From Candidatus Methylomirabilis oxygeniifera (GTDB lineage: Bacteria; Methylomirabilota; Methylomirabilia; Methylomirabilales; Methylomirabilaceae): a DNA stretch of 32,000 nucleotides. The position numbers and the translations under genes are program-made. Location: assembly GCA_000091165.1 (NCBI GenBank), contig FP565575.1, positions 840,001-872,000 on the forward strand. The letters run 5' to 3'. The number at the start of each line of letters is the position of its first letter. Positions within the stretch are counted from its first letter, which is position 1. Of the stretch, positions 24,807 through 32,000 are shown piece after piece. Under the pieces are notes generated by a model. It saw nothing but the letters and a program-made list of their open reading frames with translations. It was not told the DNA's origin and ran no database searches.

Positions 24807-25256
24807 ATGAAAGTATCTACAAAAGGTGATTACGCAACACGAGCCATGCAGGATCTGGCCCTCCACTATGAGCAAGGCCCGATTCAGATTGAGGATATCG
24901 CCAAGCGGCAACACCTCCCAGCCAGGTACCTGGAACAGATCCTGTTGAGCCTCAAGCGAGCCGGATTTCTGGAGAGTAAGCGCGGGGTGAGCGGCGGTTA
25001 CTACCTGGCTAAACATCCCCGTGAGATCACCGTTGGCGCCATTATCAGGGCGATGGAGGGACCGATTGTCCCGATTTTCTGCGTCGGAAGCGGCCAGCGG
25101 GAGATCTGCATTGAAGAGCCTCAGTGCTGTCTGCGGGACATCTGGGCCGAGGTGCGCGACGCAGTGAGCCACATTGTCGACCGTACCTCCTTGGAAGACC
25201 TCTGCGGACAGATCCGTGCGAGACGGGAGCGAGGAGAGGTCAGCTACCAAATCTAA
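24807..25256 (+). CDS. Rrf2-family transcriptional regulator (IscR/CymR/NsrR-like) with a C-terminal Cys cluster
   Basis: MKVSTKGDYATRAMQDLA...IAKRQHLPARYLEQILLSLKRAGFLESKRGVSGGYYLA is a winged HTH. Cys92, Cys101, Cys107 and Cys108 are candidate Fe-S ligands. Confidence 0.9.
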   Translation: MKVSTKGDYATRAMQDLALHYEQGPIQIEDIAKRQHLPARYLEQILLSLKRAGFLESKRGVSGGYYLAKHPREITVGAIIRAMEGPIVPIFCVGSGQREICIEEPQCCLRDIWAEVRDAVSHIVDRTSLEDLCGQIRARRERGEVSYQI

Positions 25257-25289
25257 CCTATCTGGGCTGCCTGGAGATCGGATACGTAG

Positions 25290-26204
25290 ATGCCACGGTT
25301 GGTTCGAAACGCTCTGGAACTGATTGGCGACACGCCGCTGGTTCAGTTGCAGCGGATACCGCATCCTGGATCGGCCAGGATTTTCGCCAAGCTGGAGTCG
25401 CTCAATCCGGGCGGAAGTGTGAAGGATCGGATCGCCCTGGCGATGATCGAGGATGCGGAGCGGAGTGGGCGCCTCAAGCCAGGCGATACGATTGTCGAGC
25501 CGACGTCAGGCAATACCGGGATCGGGCTGGCGATGGTCGCTGCCGTCAAGGGGTATCACCTGATTCTGACGATGCCGGAGGATATGAGCGCAGAACGGCG
25601 GAAGTTGGTCGGTCGGTTCGGGGCCGAAGTGATTCTGACCCCGGCCATTGAGGGGATGAGCGGCGCGGTCTATGCGGCAGAATCGCTGGTGGCGCAACAT
25701 CCCGGTTACTTCATGCCGCAACAGTTTCTGAATCCGGCCAACCCGGCCGTTCATCGTCGTACGACGGCACAAGAGATTCTGAAAGCGACTGATGGCCAGG
25801 TCGATGCTTTTGTGGCCGGTGTCGGGACCGGTGGAACGATTACCGGGGTGGGCGAGGTGCTCAAAAGGGAAGTTCCCGGCATTCAGGTGATCGCGGTAGA
25901 GCCGGCCAGATCTCCCGTCTTGCAGGGAGGGAGGGCCAGGCCGCATGGTATTCAGGGGATCGGCGCAAGCTTTGTCCCCGGCGTACTGAATATGGAAGTC
26001 GTTGATGAAGTGATCGCGGTTGAGGACGAGGACGCCTATCGGATGGCCTCTCGTCTGGGTAAAGAGGAGGGCCTGCTGGTGGGGATCTCAGCCGGGGCCA
26101 ACGTCTTTGCCTCAGTAGTGGTCGCCCAACGGCTTGACAGCAAAAAGGTTGTGGTCACAATCCTCCCCGACACGGGGGAGCGATACTTATCGGTTCCACT
26201 GTAA
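25290..26204 (+). CDS. cysK: Cysteine synthase A (O-acetylserine sulfhydrylase, PLP-dependent)
   Basis: GDTPLV, PLP lysine in NPGGSVKDR, TSGNTGIGLA, GVGTGGTITG, and a C-terminal PDTGERYLS. Confidence 0.9.
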   Translation: MPRLVRNALELIGDTPLVQLQRIPHPGSARIFAKLESLNPGGSVKDRIALAMIEDAERSGRLKPGDTIVEPTSGNTGIGLAMVAAVKGYHLILTMPEDMSAERRKLVGRFGAEVILTPAIEGMSGAVYAAESLVAQHPGYFMPQQFLNPANPAVHRRTTAQEILKATDGQVDAFVAGVGTGGTITGVGEVLKREVPGIQVIAVEPARSPVLQGGRARPHGIQGIGASFVPGVLNMEVVDEVIAVEDEDAYRMASRLGKEEGLLVGISAGANVFASVVVAQRLDSKKVVVTILPDTGERYLSVPL

Positions 26205-26224
26205 CCTGCAAGGGGGCAAAACGA

Positions 26225-27373
26225 ATGAATGCCTGCCGTGATATGAAGATCTCTCAACCGCGCACATCAGCGAACAGCGACCGCAGCGTGGCGATCCGTG
26301 TCTATATCCCGACTCCGTATCGGGGACTGACCGACAATCAGCCTCGTGTCGAAGGGCGAGGAGATGATCTGGTAGAACTTCTGGAGGATTTGGACCGACG
26401 CTTTCCAGGGATTCATGGGCGTGTGTTCGATCAGATGGGCGAATTCCACCGTCACCTCAATATCTATGTCAACAATGTGGCGGTAGAGGAGTTAGGCGGG
26501 AAGCGGACCGCACTCAAGGATGGCGACGAGGTGGCGTTGATCCCGGCTATGGCGGGAGGCGCCGGACCGTTCAATGAAGAGCAGATCCGCCGTTACAGTC
26601 GCCATATCATCCTTCCCGAGGTAGGCGGGAAGGGGCAGCGCAAACTGTTGAACAGTTCGGCGTTGCTCGTCGGCGCAGGCGGTCTGGGATCCCCTGCGGC
26701 TCTCTACCTGGCGGCTGCCGGTGTGGGTCGTCTCGGCATCATTGACGCCGATGTGGTGGACTTGAGCAACCTGCAGCGTCAGATTCTTCACCATGTGGAT
26801 GATGTGGGGCGGCCGAAGGTGATCTCAGCGGTCGAGGCGATCGGCCAGATCAATCCCGACGTAAAGGTGGAGCCGTTTCAAGCGGTCCTCTCCTCGGAGA
26901 ACGCGAAGGAGGTTATCAGTCAGTACGATCTGGTGGTCAATGGCTGCGATAATTTTCCGACGCGATACCTGACGAACGACGCCTGCGTGCTGCTCAAGAA
27001 ACCACTCGTGGACGGAAGTATCTTTAAGTTTGAAGGGCAGGTGACGGTCTTTCTGCCCGGTCAAGGCTGCTATCGCTGCCTATATCCGGCCCCTCCGCCA
27101 CCAGGGCTTGTGCCGAGCTGTCAGGAGGCCGGTGTACTGGGTGTGCTGTGCGGCATTGTCGGCAGCCTGCAGGCGATTGAGGCAATCAAGCTGCTGCTCG
27201 GGATCGGCGACTCGCTGGCCGGGCGGTTGCTTTTCTTCGATTCGTTGGGGATGGAGTTCAGGCAGGTCAAGGTGCGGCGCGACTCCGACTGTCCGGTGTG
27301 CGGAGACGATCCGACCATCACCGATCTGATCGATTATCACGAATTCTGTGGAGTGCCGGGCGGTGGTCACTGA
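26225..27373 (+). CDS. Fusion protein: CysO/MoaD/ThiS-like ubiquitin-fold sulfur carrier (about aa 22-112, ending ...IPAMAGG) + MoeB/ThiF-type adenylyltransferase (E1-like, no rhodanese domain)
   Basis: Carrier part VAIRVYIPTPYRG...HLNIYVNNVAVEELGGKRTALKDGDEVALIPAMAGG, with G111-G112 at 26555-26560. It continues without a stop or Met into AGPFNEEQIRRYSRHIILPEVG..GQ..L..S.LLVGAGGLGSPAALYLAAAGVG.L.IID.D.V..SNLQRQ. Also CQEAGVLG and the Zn pairs CYRC and CPVC. The protein ends 25 aa after CPVC. Confidence 0.85.
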   Translation: MNACRDMKISQPRTSANSDRSVAIRVYIPTPYRGLTDNQPRVEGRGDDLVELLEDLDRRFPGIHGRVFDQMGEFHRHLNIYVNNVAVEELGGKRTALKDGDEVALIPAMAGGAGPFNEEQIRRYSRHIILPEVGGKGQRKLLNSSALLVGAGGLGSPAALYLAAAGVGRLGIIDADVVDLSNLQRQILHHVDDVGRPKVISAVEAIGQINPDVKVEPFQAVLSSENAKEVISQYDLVVNGCDNFPTRYLTNDACVLLKKPLVDGSIFKFEGQVTVFLPGQGCYRCLYPAPPPPGLVPSCQEAGVLGVLCGIVGSLQAIEAIKLLLGIGDSLAGRLLFFDSLGMEFRQVKVRRDSDCPVCGDDPTITDLIDYHEFCGVPGGGH

Positions 27374-27466
27374 GGTTGCGAACGGCGCAGCCATGGTCCG
27401 GATGATGGGCCTTGGTCTCGTTGTAGGGGTGCCTTCGGATATGCCCTGCAACGCGGTCGCTTCTGC

Positions 27467-28408
27467 ATGAACTCGACGTTTCGCGACATCCTGTTGGCGC
27501 GGGATTTCACTCTGCTGCGGGCCTACCTGCTGGCGCTGTTGATTCAGATGGTCGGGGTGAGAGCGATGGCGACATTCGGTCTGTTCGGATTAGGCATCAC
27601 GCCCTTTTTCTGGATGGCGACACTGTTCGGCGGATTCGTCTTTGGCCTCGGTATGGCGTTGTCCGGCGGGTGCGCGAGCGGGAGCACCTATCGGTCAGGT
27701 GAGGGGATGGTAGGGTCCATTATCGCGCTGCTCGGCTTTGTGTTCGGGATAACCATGACGAATGACGGTGTGTTGGAGCCGGTACAGGCGACCTTTCGAG
27801 GTTGGGTCGTTGAGATCGACGGGCAGCCTGCGACGCTGGACCGCCTCCTGGGCGTGAGCCCGTGGATCCTGGTTGTGACGTGTGTGACGGTCGGCGGATG
27901 GTGGCTTGTGAAAAGCCCGTCCGGCGGCTATCAGAGAGGATGGAGCTGGGTAAGGAGCGGCTTGACCATCGGCCTGATCGCGACGGCTGCCTGGCCGATC
28001 TCCGCCCTGACCGGACGGGAGTACGGTCTCTCGGTCACTGAACCGATTCGAACCATCTCGGGATTCCTGTTTACGGGTGAGACCGACCGGCTTACCTGGG
28101 GAAGTTTTATGTGGGTCGGGCTCATCGCGGGCGCTCACGTGGCGGCGCGGTCGCATGGAGAGTTTGCCTGGCGTGCTCCCGGTGCGCAACGTCTGCTTCA
28201 GGCGCTCGGGGGTGGTCTGCTGATGGGTATGGGTGCGGGGATTGCGGGTGGCTGTAACATCGGTCACGCACTGACCGGTGTTCCGCTCTTCGGGTTGAGC
28301 AGCATGACGGCGACCCTCAGTATTATGGTGGGTGTCTGGGCTGGAGTCTACCTATTGTTCGGTAGTGTGGCATTTGAACGCGGAGCGCGAAGCGTCCAGC
28401 GGGCGTAG
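27467..28408 (+). CDS. YeeE/YedE (TsuA-type) thiosulfate/sulfur-compound permease; as called it lacks the first TM helix, and the conserved N-terminus lies upstream in two frames (27393-27466)
   Basis: GGCASGSTYR and GGCNIGHALTG motifs, polytopic. Upstream in the same frame reads GAFGYALQRGRFC with no start codon. The 0 frame reads MVRMMGLGLVVGV. See finding. Confidence 0.8.
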   Translation: MNSTFRDILLARDFTLLRAYLLALLIQMVGVRAMATFGLFGLGITPFFWMATLFGGFVFGLGMALSGGCASGSTYRSGEGMVGSIIALLGFVFGITMTNDGVLEPVQATFRGWVVEIDGQPATLDRLLGVSPWILVVTCVTVGGWWLVKSPSGGYQRGWSWVRSGLTIGLIATAAWPISALTGREYGLSVTEPIRTISGFLFTGETDRLTWGSFMWVGLIAGAHVAARSHGEFAWRAPGAQRLLQALGGGLLMGMGAGIAGGCNIGHALTGVPLFGLSSMTATLSIMVGVWAGVYLLFGSVAFERGARSVQRA

Positions 28409-28437
28409 CGTCTCCCGATCGGAGAGTCGATCGGAGA

Positions 28438-28680
28438 ATGGTGGAGAAGGCGATGGCGAAGTACTCACTTGATGTGACCGGAGAGATCTGTCCGTATCCG
28501 TTGATGTTGACCAAGCAGAAGATGGGGGCGCTCGCGTCCGGCGATCAGTTGGCAGTGATGGTCGATTACGCAAAATCAGTCGAAGACATTCCCCGGTGGG
28601 CCAAAGAAGAGGGGTACTCGGTTCTTGCCGTCTTGGAAGTGGGGAGAACGCAGTGGGAAATCGTTCTGGAAAAGGCATAA
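28438..28680 (+). CDS. TusA/SirA-like sulfurtransferase (TsuB-like partner of YeeE)
   Basis: LDVTGEICPYPLMLTKQKM carries the CPxP active-site motif. About 76-80 aa (alternative ATG at 28453). Confidence 0.85.
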   Translation: MVEKAMAKYSLDVTGEICPYPLMLTKQKMGALASGDQLAVMVDYAKSVEDIPRWAKEEGYSVLAVLEVGRTQWEIVLEKA

Positions 28681-28701
28681 GCATTCGTGGAGGAGGTCAG
28701 C

Positions 28702-28950
28702 ATGATGAGTGGGGCGCCTGAGCAGACGGTTGAGTCCCTCGATCTGAAGGGCGAGGTGTGCCCCTACACGTTTGTGAAGACCAAATTGGCCTTGGAGGAG
28801 CTACAGAGTGGTCAGGTGCTGAGGGTGATTGTGGACAACCCCGGCTCTGCGGCAAACGTTCCCAGGAGCCTACACAGTGAAGGGCATGTGGTTGTCGATG
28901 TAACGCAACTGAATGACACCGACTGGGCGATTACAGTGAAAAAGGCCTGA
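28702..28950 (+). CDS. Second TusA/SirA-like sulfurtransferase
   Basis: LDLKGEVCPYTFVKTKLALEEL. ATG 28702 follows SD ggaggagg (the track opens at GTG 28687). Confidence 0.85.
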   Translation: MMSGAPEQTVESLDLKGEVCPYTFVKTKLALEELQSGQVLRVIVDNPGSAANVPRSLHSEGHVVVDVTQLNDTDWAITVKKA

Positions 28951-28987
28951 CCTGCCTGGGTAGAGTGGGCCGGGGACGAGACAGCCG

Positions 28988-29016
28988 ACCTGCCCGTGCG
29001 GTGCACGCAGGCAGGT
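28988..29016 (+). promoter_or_regulatory. GC-rich stem-loop just 5' of the cysM-like SD, with an alternative upstream pairing partner
   Basis: acctgcccgtgc (28988-28999) pairs with gcac(gc)aggcaggt (29003-29016) over 12 bp with a 2-nt bulge. The right arm caggcaggt is also perfectly complementary to acctgcctg at 28950-28958. Confidence 0.35.
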
Positions 29017-29029
29017 AAAGAGGACATGG

Positions 29030-29965
29030 ATGAAATCAGAAGATATTCTTGATGCAATCGGGAACACACCGTTGGTGGAGCTGCCGCGGATGAGTCCCAA
29101 GAAAGGGGTTCGGATCTTTGCCAAACTGGAGGGGACCAACCCGACCGGCAGCCTGAAGGATCGAATCGTAAAATACATGATCGAGCAGGCCGAGCGGAGC
29201 GGCGAGCTGACGAAGGACAAGACGATCCTGGAGCCGACAAGCGGCAACACCGGTATCGCCTTGGCCATGATCGGACGGAGGAAGGGGTATAAGGTCAAGG
29301 TGGTGATTCCGGAAAACGCCACCCCGGAGCGACGCCAGCTTCTGGAGATCTTCGGCGCCGAGTTGATCTATTCTGATGGGACAAAAGGCAGTAACGGCGC
29401 CATTGAGTTAGCTCAAAAGCTGGTGACGGAGGATCCGACCCTCTATATGCCCTTTCAGTACGGCAATCCGGCCAACCCGATGGCTCACTACGAAACAACC
29501 GGAAAGGAGATCCTGAACGATCTCCCGGAGGTCGATGTCTTTGTGGCCGGCCTTGGGACCGGCGGAACGCTGATGGGCGTCGGTCGACGACTGAAAGAAC
29601 ATGACCCCAAAACCAAGGTGATTGCGGTAGAGCCCAATCCGGGCGATCTGGTGCAGGGACTTCGGAGTCTGGATGAGGGTTTTATCCCCCCGATTCTCGA
29701 CACGAGCCTCCTGGACGGCAAGATCATGGTTGATTCCCGCTGCGCGTTTGCCGCTACCAGAGATCTGACCAACAAGGAAGGGATCTTTGCGGGCGTCTCC
29801 TCCGGCGCTGTTGTGCATGTGGCGATCAGGACGGCACACCGTATGGAGAAGGGCAACATCGTAGTGATCCTGTGCGATACCGGATGGAAGTATATCAGTC
29901 TGGGTGTCTGGCACAAGGAGTTTCCGGAGTTGGGCGAGAACATGTACAGTCATCTCTGGTGGTGA
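29030..29965 (+). CDS. cysM: CysM-type cysteine synthase (Mycobacterium CysM-like, carrier-protein-thiocarboxylate-dependent class)
   Basis: GNTPLVELPRMSP, PLP lysine in NPTGSLKDR, EPTSGNTGIALA, VIPENATPERRQLLEIFGAELI and GLGTGGTLMG. Immediately followed by a JAMM gene, as in mec-cysO-cysM loci. Confidence 0.85.
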   Translation: MKSEDILDAIGNTPLVELPRMSPKKGVRIFAKLEGTNPTGSLKDRIVKYMIEQAERSGELTKDKTILEPTSGNTGIALAMIGRRKGYKVKVVIPENATPERRQLLEIFGAELIYSDGTKGSNGAIELAQKLVTEDPTLYMPFQYGNPANPMAHYETTGKEILNDLPEVDVFVAGLGTGGTLMGVGRRLKEHDPKTKVIAVEPNPGDLVQGLRSLDEGFIPPILDTSLLDGKIMVDSRCAFAATRDLTNKEGIFAGVSSGAVVHVAIRTAHRMEKGNIVVILCDTGWKYISLGVWHKEFPELGENMYSHLWW

Positions 29966-29966
29966 G

Positions 29967-30455
29967 ATGGTCCTCACCGAACGGGAGCTGAACGAGATCT
30001 TTGCGCACGCCGAAGAGGCGTTTCCCGAGGAGGCCTGTGGTATCGTGATAGGCAAACCGGGCGATCCGAATACGAACCTTGTTCGCAGATGCGGAAATCT
30101 GGCGAATCAGTATCACCTGGACGATCCGACTCGGAATCCGAGAGATGCAAAGACCGCCTACATCATGGACCCGAAGGACCTGCTGCGGGTTCAAAGCGAA
30201 GCGGATGCGAAGGGCTTCGAGTTCGTTGTGCTCTATCATTCACACCCGGATCATGAGGCCTACTTCTCCGAGACCGATCGAGAGTTGGCGCTGTTCGACG
30301 GTGAACCAGTGTGGTCTCGGCTGCGCTATCTCGTGGTATCGGTGAAAAATGGAAAGGTCTCGTATTTCAGGGTATTCGGTTGGGACACCATCGAAAAGCA
30401 GTTTACGGCGGAGCCGTCCGCTGTCTTTGAACGAAAAGACCAGCCTCTCGTGTAG
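29967..30455 (+). CDS. mec: JAMM/MPN+ zinc metallopeptidase (Mec+/CysO-cysteine peptidase-like)
   Basis: EEACGIV (catalytic Glu) and HSHPDHEAYFSETD, which is an exact H-x-H-x7-S-x2-D JAMM motif. The ATG is 1 nt after the cysM stop. Confidence 0.85.
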   Translation: MVLTERELNEIFAHAEEAFPEEACGIVIGKPGDPNTNLVRRCGNLANQYHLDDPTRNPRDAKTAYIMDPKDLLRVQSEADAKGFEFVVLYHSHPDHEAYFSETDRELALFDGEPVWSRLRYLVVSVKNGKVSYFRVFGWDTIEKQFTAEPSAVFERKDQPLV

Positions 30456-30538
30456 AGCTTCTTGAGGGAATGATACGTGATATGCGGGGCGTTCGAAACT
30501 GAGCCGGATGGTCGCGAGATGAATAGGAAGCCAAGGGC

Positions 30539-31480
30539 ATGATGAATCTTGACGCCGGGCAGATTACGCTCATCGCGATCACGCTCTTTGCGGCTGCCGT
30601 CAATGGGGCGCTGGGATACGGGTTTTCATCGCTGACCGTCCCGGTTGCTCTCATCTTTTATTCCAACCGGATCTTAAATCCCGCCCTGGTGTTGGTAGAG
30701 GTGGCGCTCAACAGCTACGTACTGCTTGTCAATCGACGGAGCATCCCGAAGATCTGGAAGAGGGTGCTGCCGATCGTGTGCGGTCTCATTCCTGGCGTCA
30801 TCGCGGGGAGCTATGCCCTCTCGATGGCAAGTCCGGAATGGCTGAAGCTGATCACGTATCTCATCGTGCTGCCGCTAATCCTGCTGCAGGCGGCAGGGGT
30901 AAGACGGCCGATCCGGTCTGAGCGGCTCATTGGCGTGCCGTTTGGCGCCGGTGTCGGCGTACTCTATTCGACAACCACCATCTCTGGTCCTCCGTTGGCG
31001 CTCCTTTTTAACAATCAGGGCTTTGTCAAAGGCGAGTTTCGAGCCGCCCTTGGCATGATCAGAATGGTCGAATCGACCGTCACAGCGACTGCGTATTATT
31101 ACCTTGGAGTGTACACTGCGGGGAGCGTAGGACTCCTGTGGTCGATCGTGCCGAGCGTGGCGATAGGGATCCCGCTGGGGGCCTACGTCATCAGCCAGAT
31201 GAATGCTGAAACATTTCGCAGAATCTGTATGAGCTTTGACGCCTGGGTAGTGGGCTTCGGCTTATCCAAGGTGCTGATCGATCTGAAATTGACGACCAGC
31301 CCGAGTGGTTACATTGTCTGGCTGGCCGTTATCGTGACTGATCTGACGTTACTCTACGGCTTCTTTACGAGGCAGCCTGAGATCCCGGTGGCCGCCTTGG
31401 CGGTCGATGTCCCTGACGGTAGTCCCAGGCTCATACCGCAGAAAACTCCGGCTGTGACCCCGGATGATCTGGCTACGTAA
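30539..31480 (+). CDS. TauE/SafE (DUF81) family anion permease, putative sulfite/organosulfonate exporter
   Basis: Polytopic. N-terminal AAAVNGALGYGFSSLTVPVALIF and a mid-protein GAGVGVLYSTTTISGPPLALLF, which resemble TauE internal repeats. Confidence 0.7.
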   Translation: MMNLDAGQITLIAITLFAAAVNGALGYGFSSLTVPVALIFYSNRILNPALVLVEVALNSYVLLVNRRSIPKIWKRVLPIVCGLIPGVIAGSYALSMASPEWLKLITYLIVLPLILLQAAGVRRPIRSERLIGVPFGAGVGVLYSTTTISGPPLALLFNNQGFVKGEFRAALGMIRMVESTVTATAYYYLGVYTAGSVGLLWSIVPSVAIGIPLGAYVISQMNAETFRRICMSFDAWVVGFGLSKVLIDLKLTTSPSGYIVWLAVIVTDLTLLYGFFTRQPEIPVAALAVDVPDGSPRLIPQKTPAVTPDDLAT

Positions 31481-31528
31481 GTCTATTTCTAGGCCGTTGG
31501 CGGGCGATGAATGATGGAGAGGGTAATC

Positions 31529-32000
31529 ATGAATAATGCGAGCGAACCGGTGGACGCTGAGCAGCCGGCAAACGTTTTAACTCCGACTAATGGACGGATC
31601 AATCAAGAAAAGGCGCAGTCCGCGAACGGGTCGTCCTGGGCCAGTGAGGAGGACATCGACACCTTCGATCAGTTTGTCCGGAGATTTTGGAAGGGGGAGA
31701 TCTCCCCGGACGAATTCAAGCGGTTCCGCCTGCAGAACGGGATCTATGGACAGCGGCAGGAAGGGGAGCAGATGTTTCGGATCAAGATCCCGTGGGGCGG
31801 CCTCAGTGCGGCTCAATTGGAGTTACTCGCCGAGTTGGCGGCGAAGGCTCCGAATGGGGTAGCCCACGTCACGACCCGCCAGAACATCCAGCTTCACTTC
31901 ATCAAGCTCGAGCAGGTAACAGGACTGATGAGGAGCCTGGCCTCGGTCGGCCTGACGACCAGAGAGGCCTGCGGCAACACCGTTCGCAACGTCACGGTCG
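31529..32000 (+). CDS. Ferredoxin-type sulfite (nitrite/sulfite) reductase, N-terminal 157 codons; continues beyond the window
   Basis: SD ggagagg. FKRFRLQNGIYGQRQEGEQMFRIKIPWGGLSAAQL, HVTTRQNIQLHFI and TTREACGNTVRNVT are NIR_SIR signatures. Absent from the ORF track because there is no stop inside the window. Confidence 0.85.
   Translation, partial: MNNASEPVDAEQPANVLTPTNGRINQEKAQSANGSSWASEEDIDTFDQFVRRFWKGEISPDEFKRFRLQNGIYGQRQEGEQMFRIKIPWGGLSAAQLELLAELAAKAPNGVAHVTTRQNIQLHFIKLEQVTGLMRSLASVGLTTREACGNTVRNVTV

Overview
This is a GC-rich bacterial chromosomal segment (sampled 60-nt lines are about 60-70 % G+C) that is almost entirely coding. I cannot name the organism from the sequence alone.

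Left third (1-9.6 kb): stress and proteostasis genes. These are a tandem USP, a type-II P-type cation ATPase whose stop overlaps the start of a ribbon-helix-helix protein, a GNAT, a Lon-like S16 protease with a coiled-coil insertion in its AAA+ module, Hsp20, a YbaK-like deacylase and a PF04008 adenosine-kinase-like gene.

Middle (9.6-15.9 kb): an accessory patch. Two different IS3-family elements, each with an A AAA AAA -1 frameshift site, bracket about 2.2 kb of low-GC cargo (a coiled-coil/Zn-ribbon protein and a secreted Sel1-repeat protein). An orphan 79-aa gene and a higBA module follow. Next comes a Cdc48/VCP-like double-AAA+ ATPase whose C-terminus is GHYL.

Right half: a USP, an exported tandem rhodanese, a GalT-like HIT protein with pncA and pncB, tRNA-Arg(GCG) and a beta-carbonic anhydrase. 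These are followed by a co-directional sulfur operon of more than 7 kb: an Rrf2 regulator, cysK, a CysO-like ubiquitin-fold sulfur carrier fused in frame to its MoeB/ThiF-type E1, YeeE/TsuA (N-terminus frameshifted), two TusA-like proteins, a CysM-like synthase, a JAMM/Mec+ peptidase, a TauE/SafE permease and a ferredoxin-type sulfite reductase that runs off the right edge.

The most interesting object is this protein-thiocarboxylate cysteine pathway with the carrier-E1 fusion. The fused carrier must be cut after an internal Gly-Gly before it can function. Secondary items are the GHYL-tailed Cdc48-like ATPase, the IS-bracketed low-GC cargo, a roughly 120-bp double-hairpin repeat present twice, and the YeeE frameshift.
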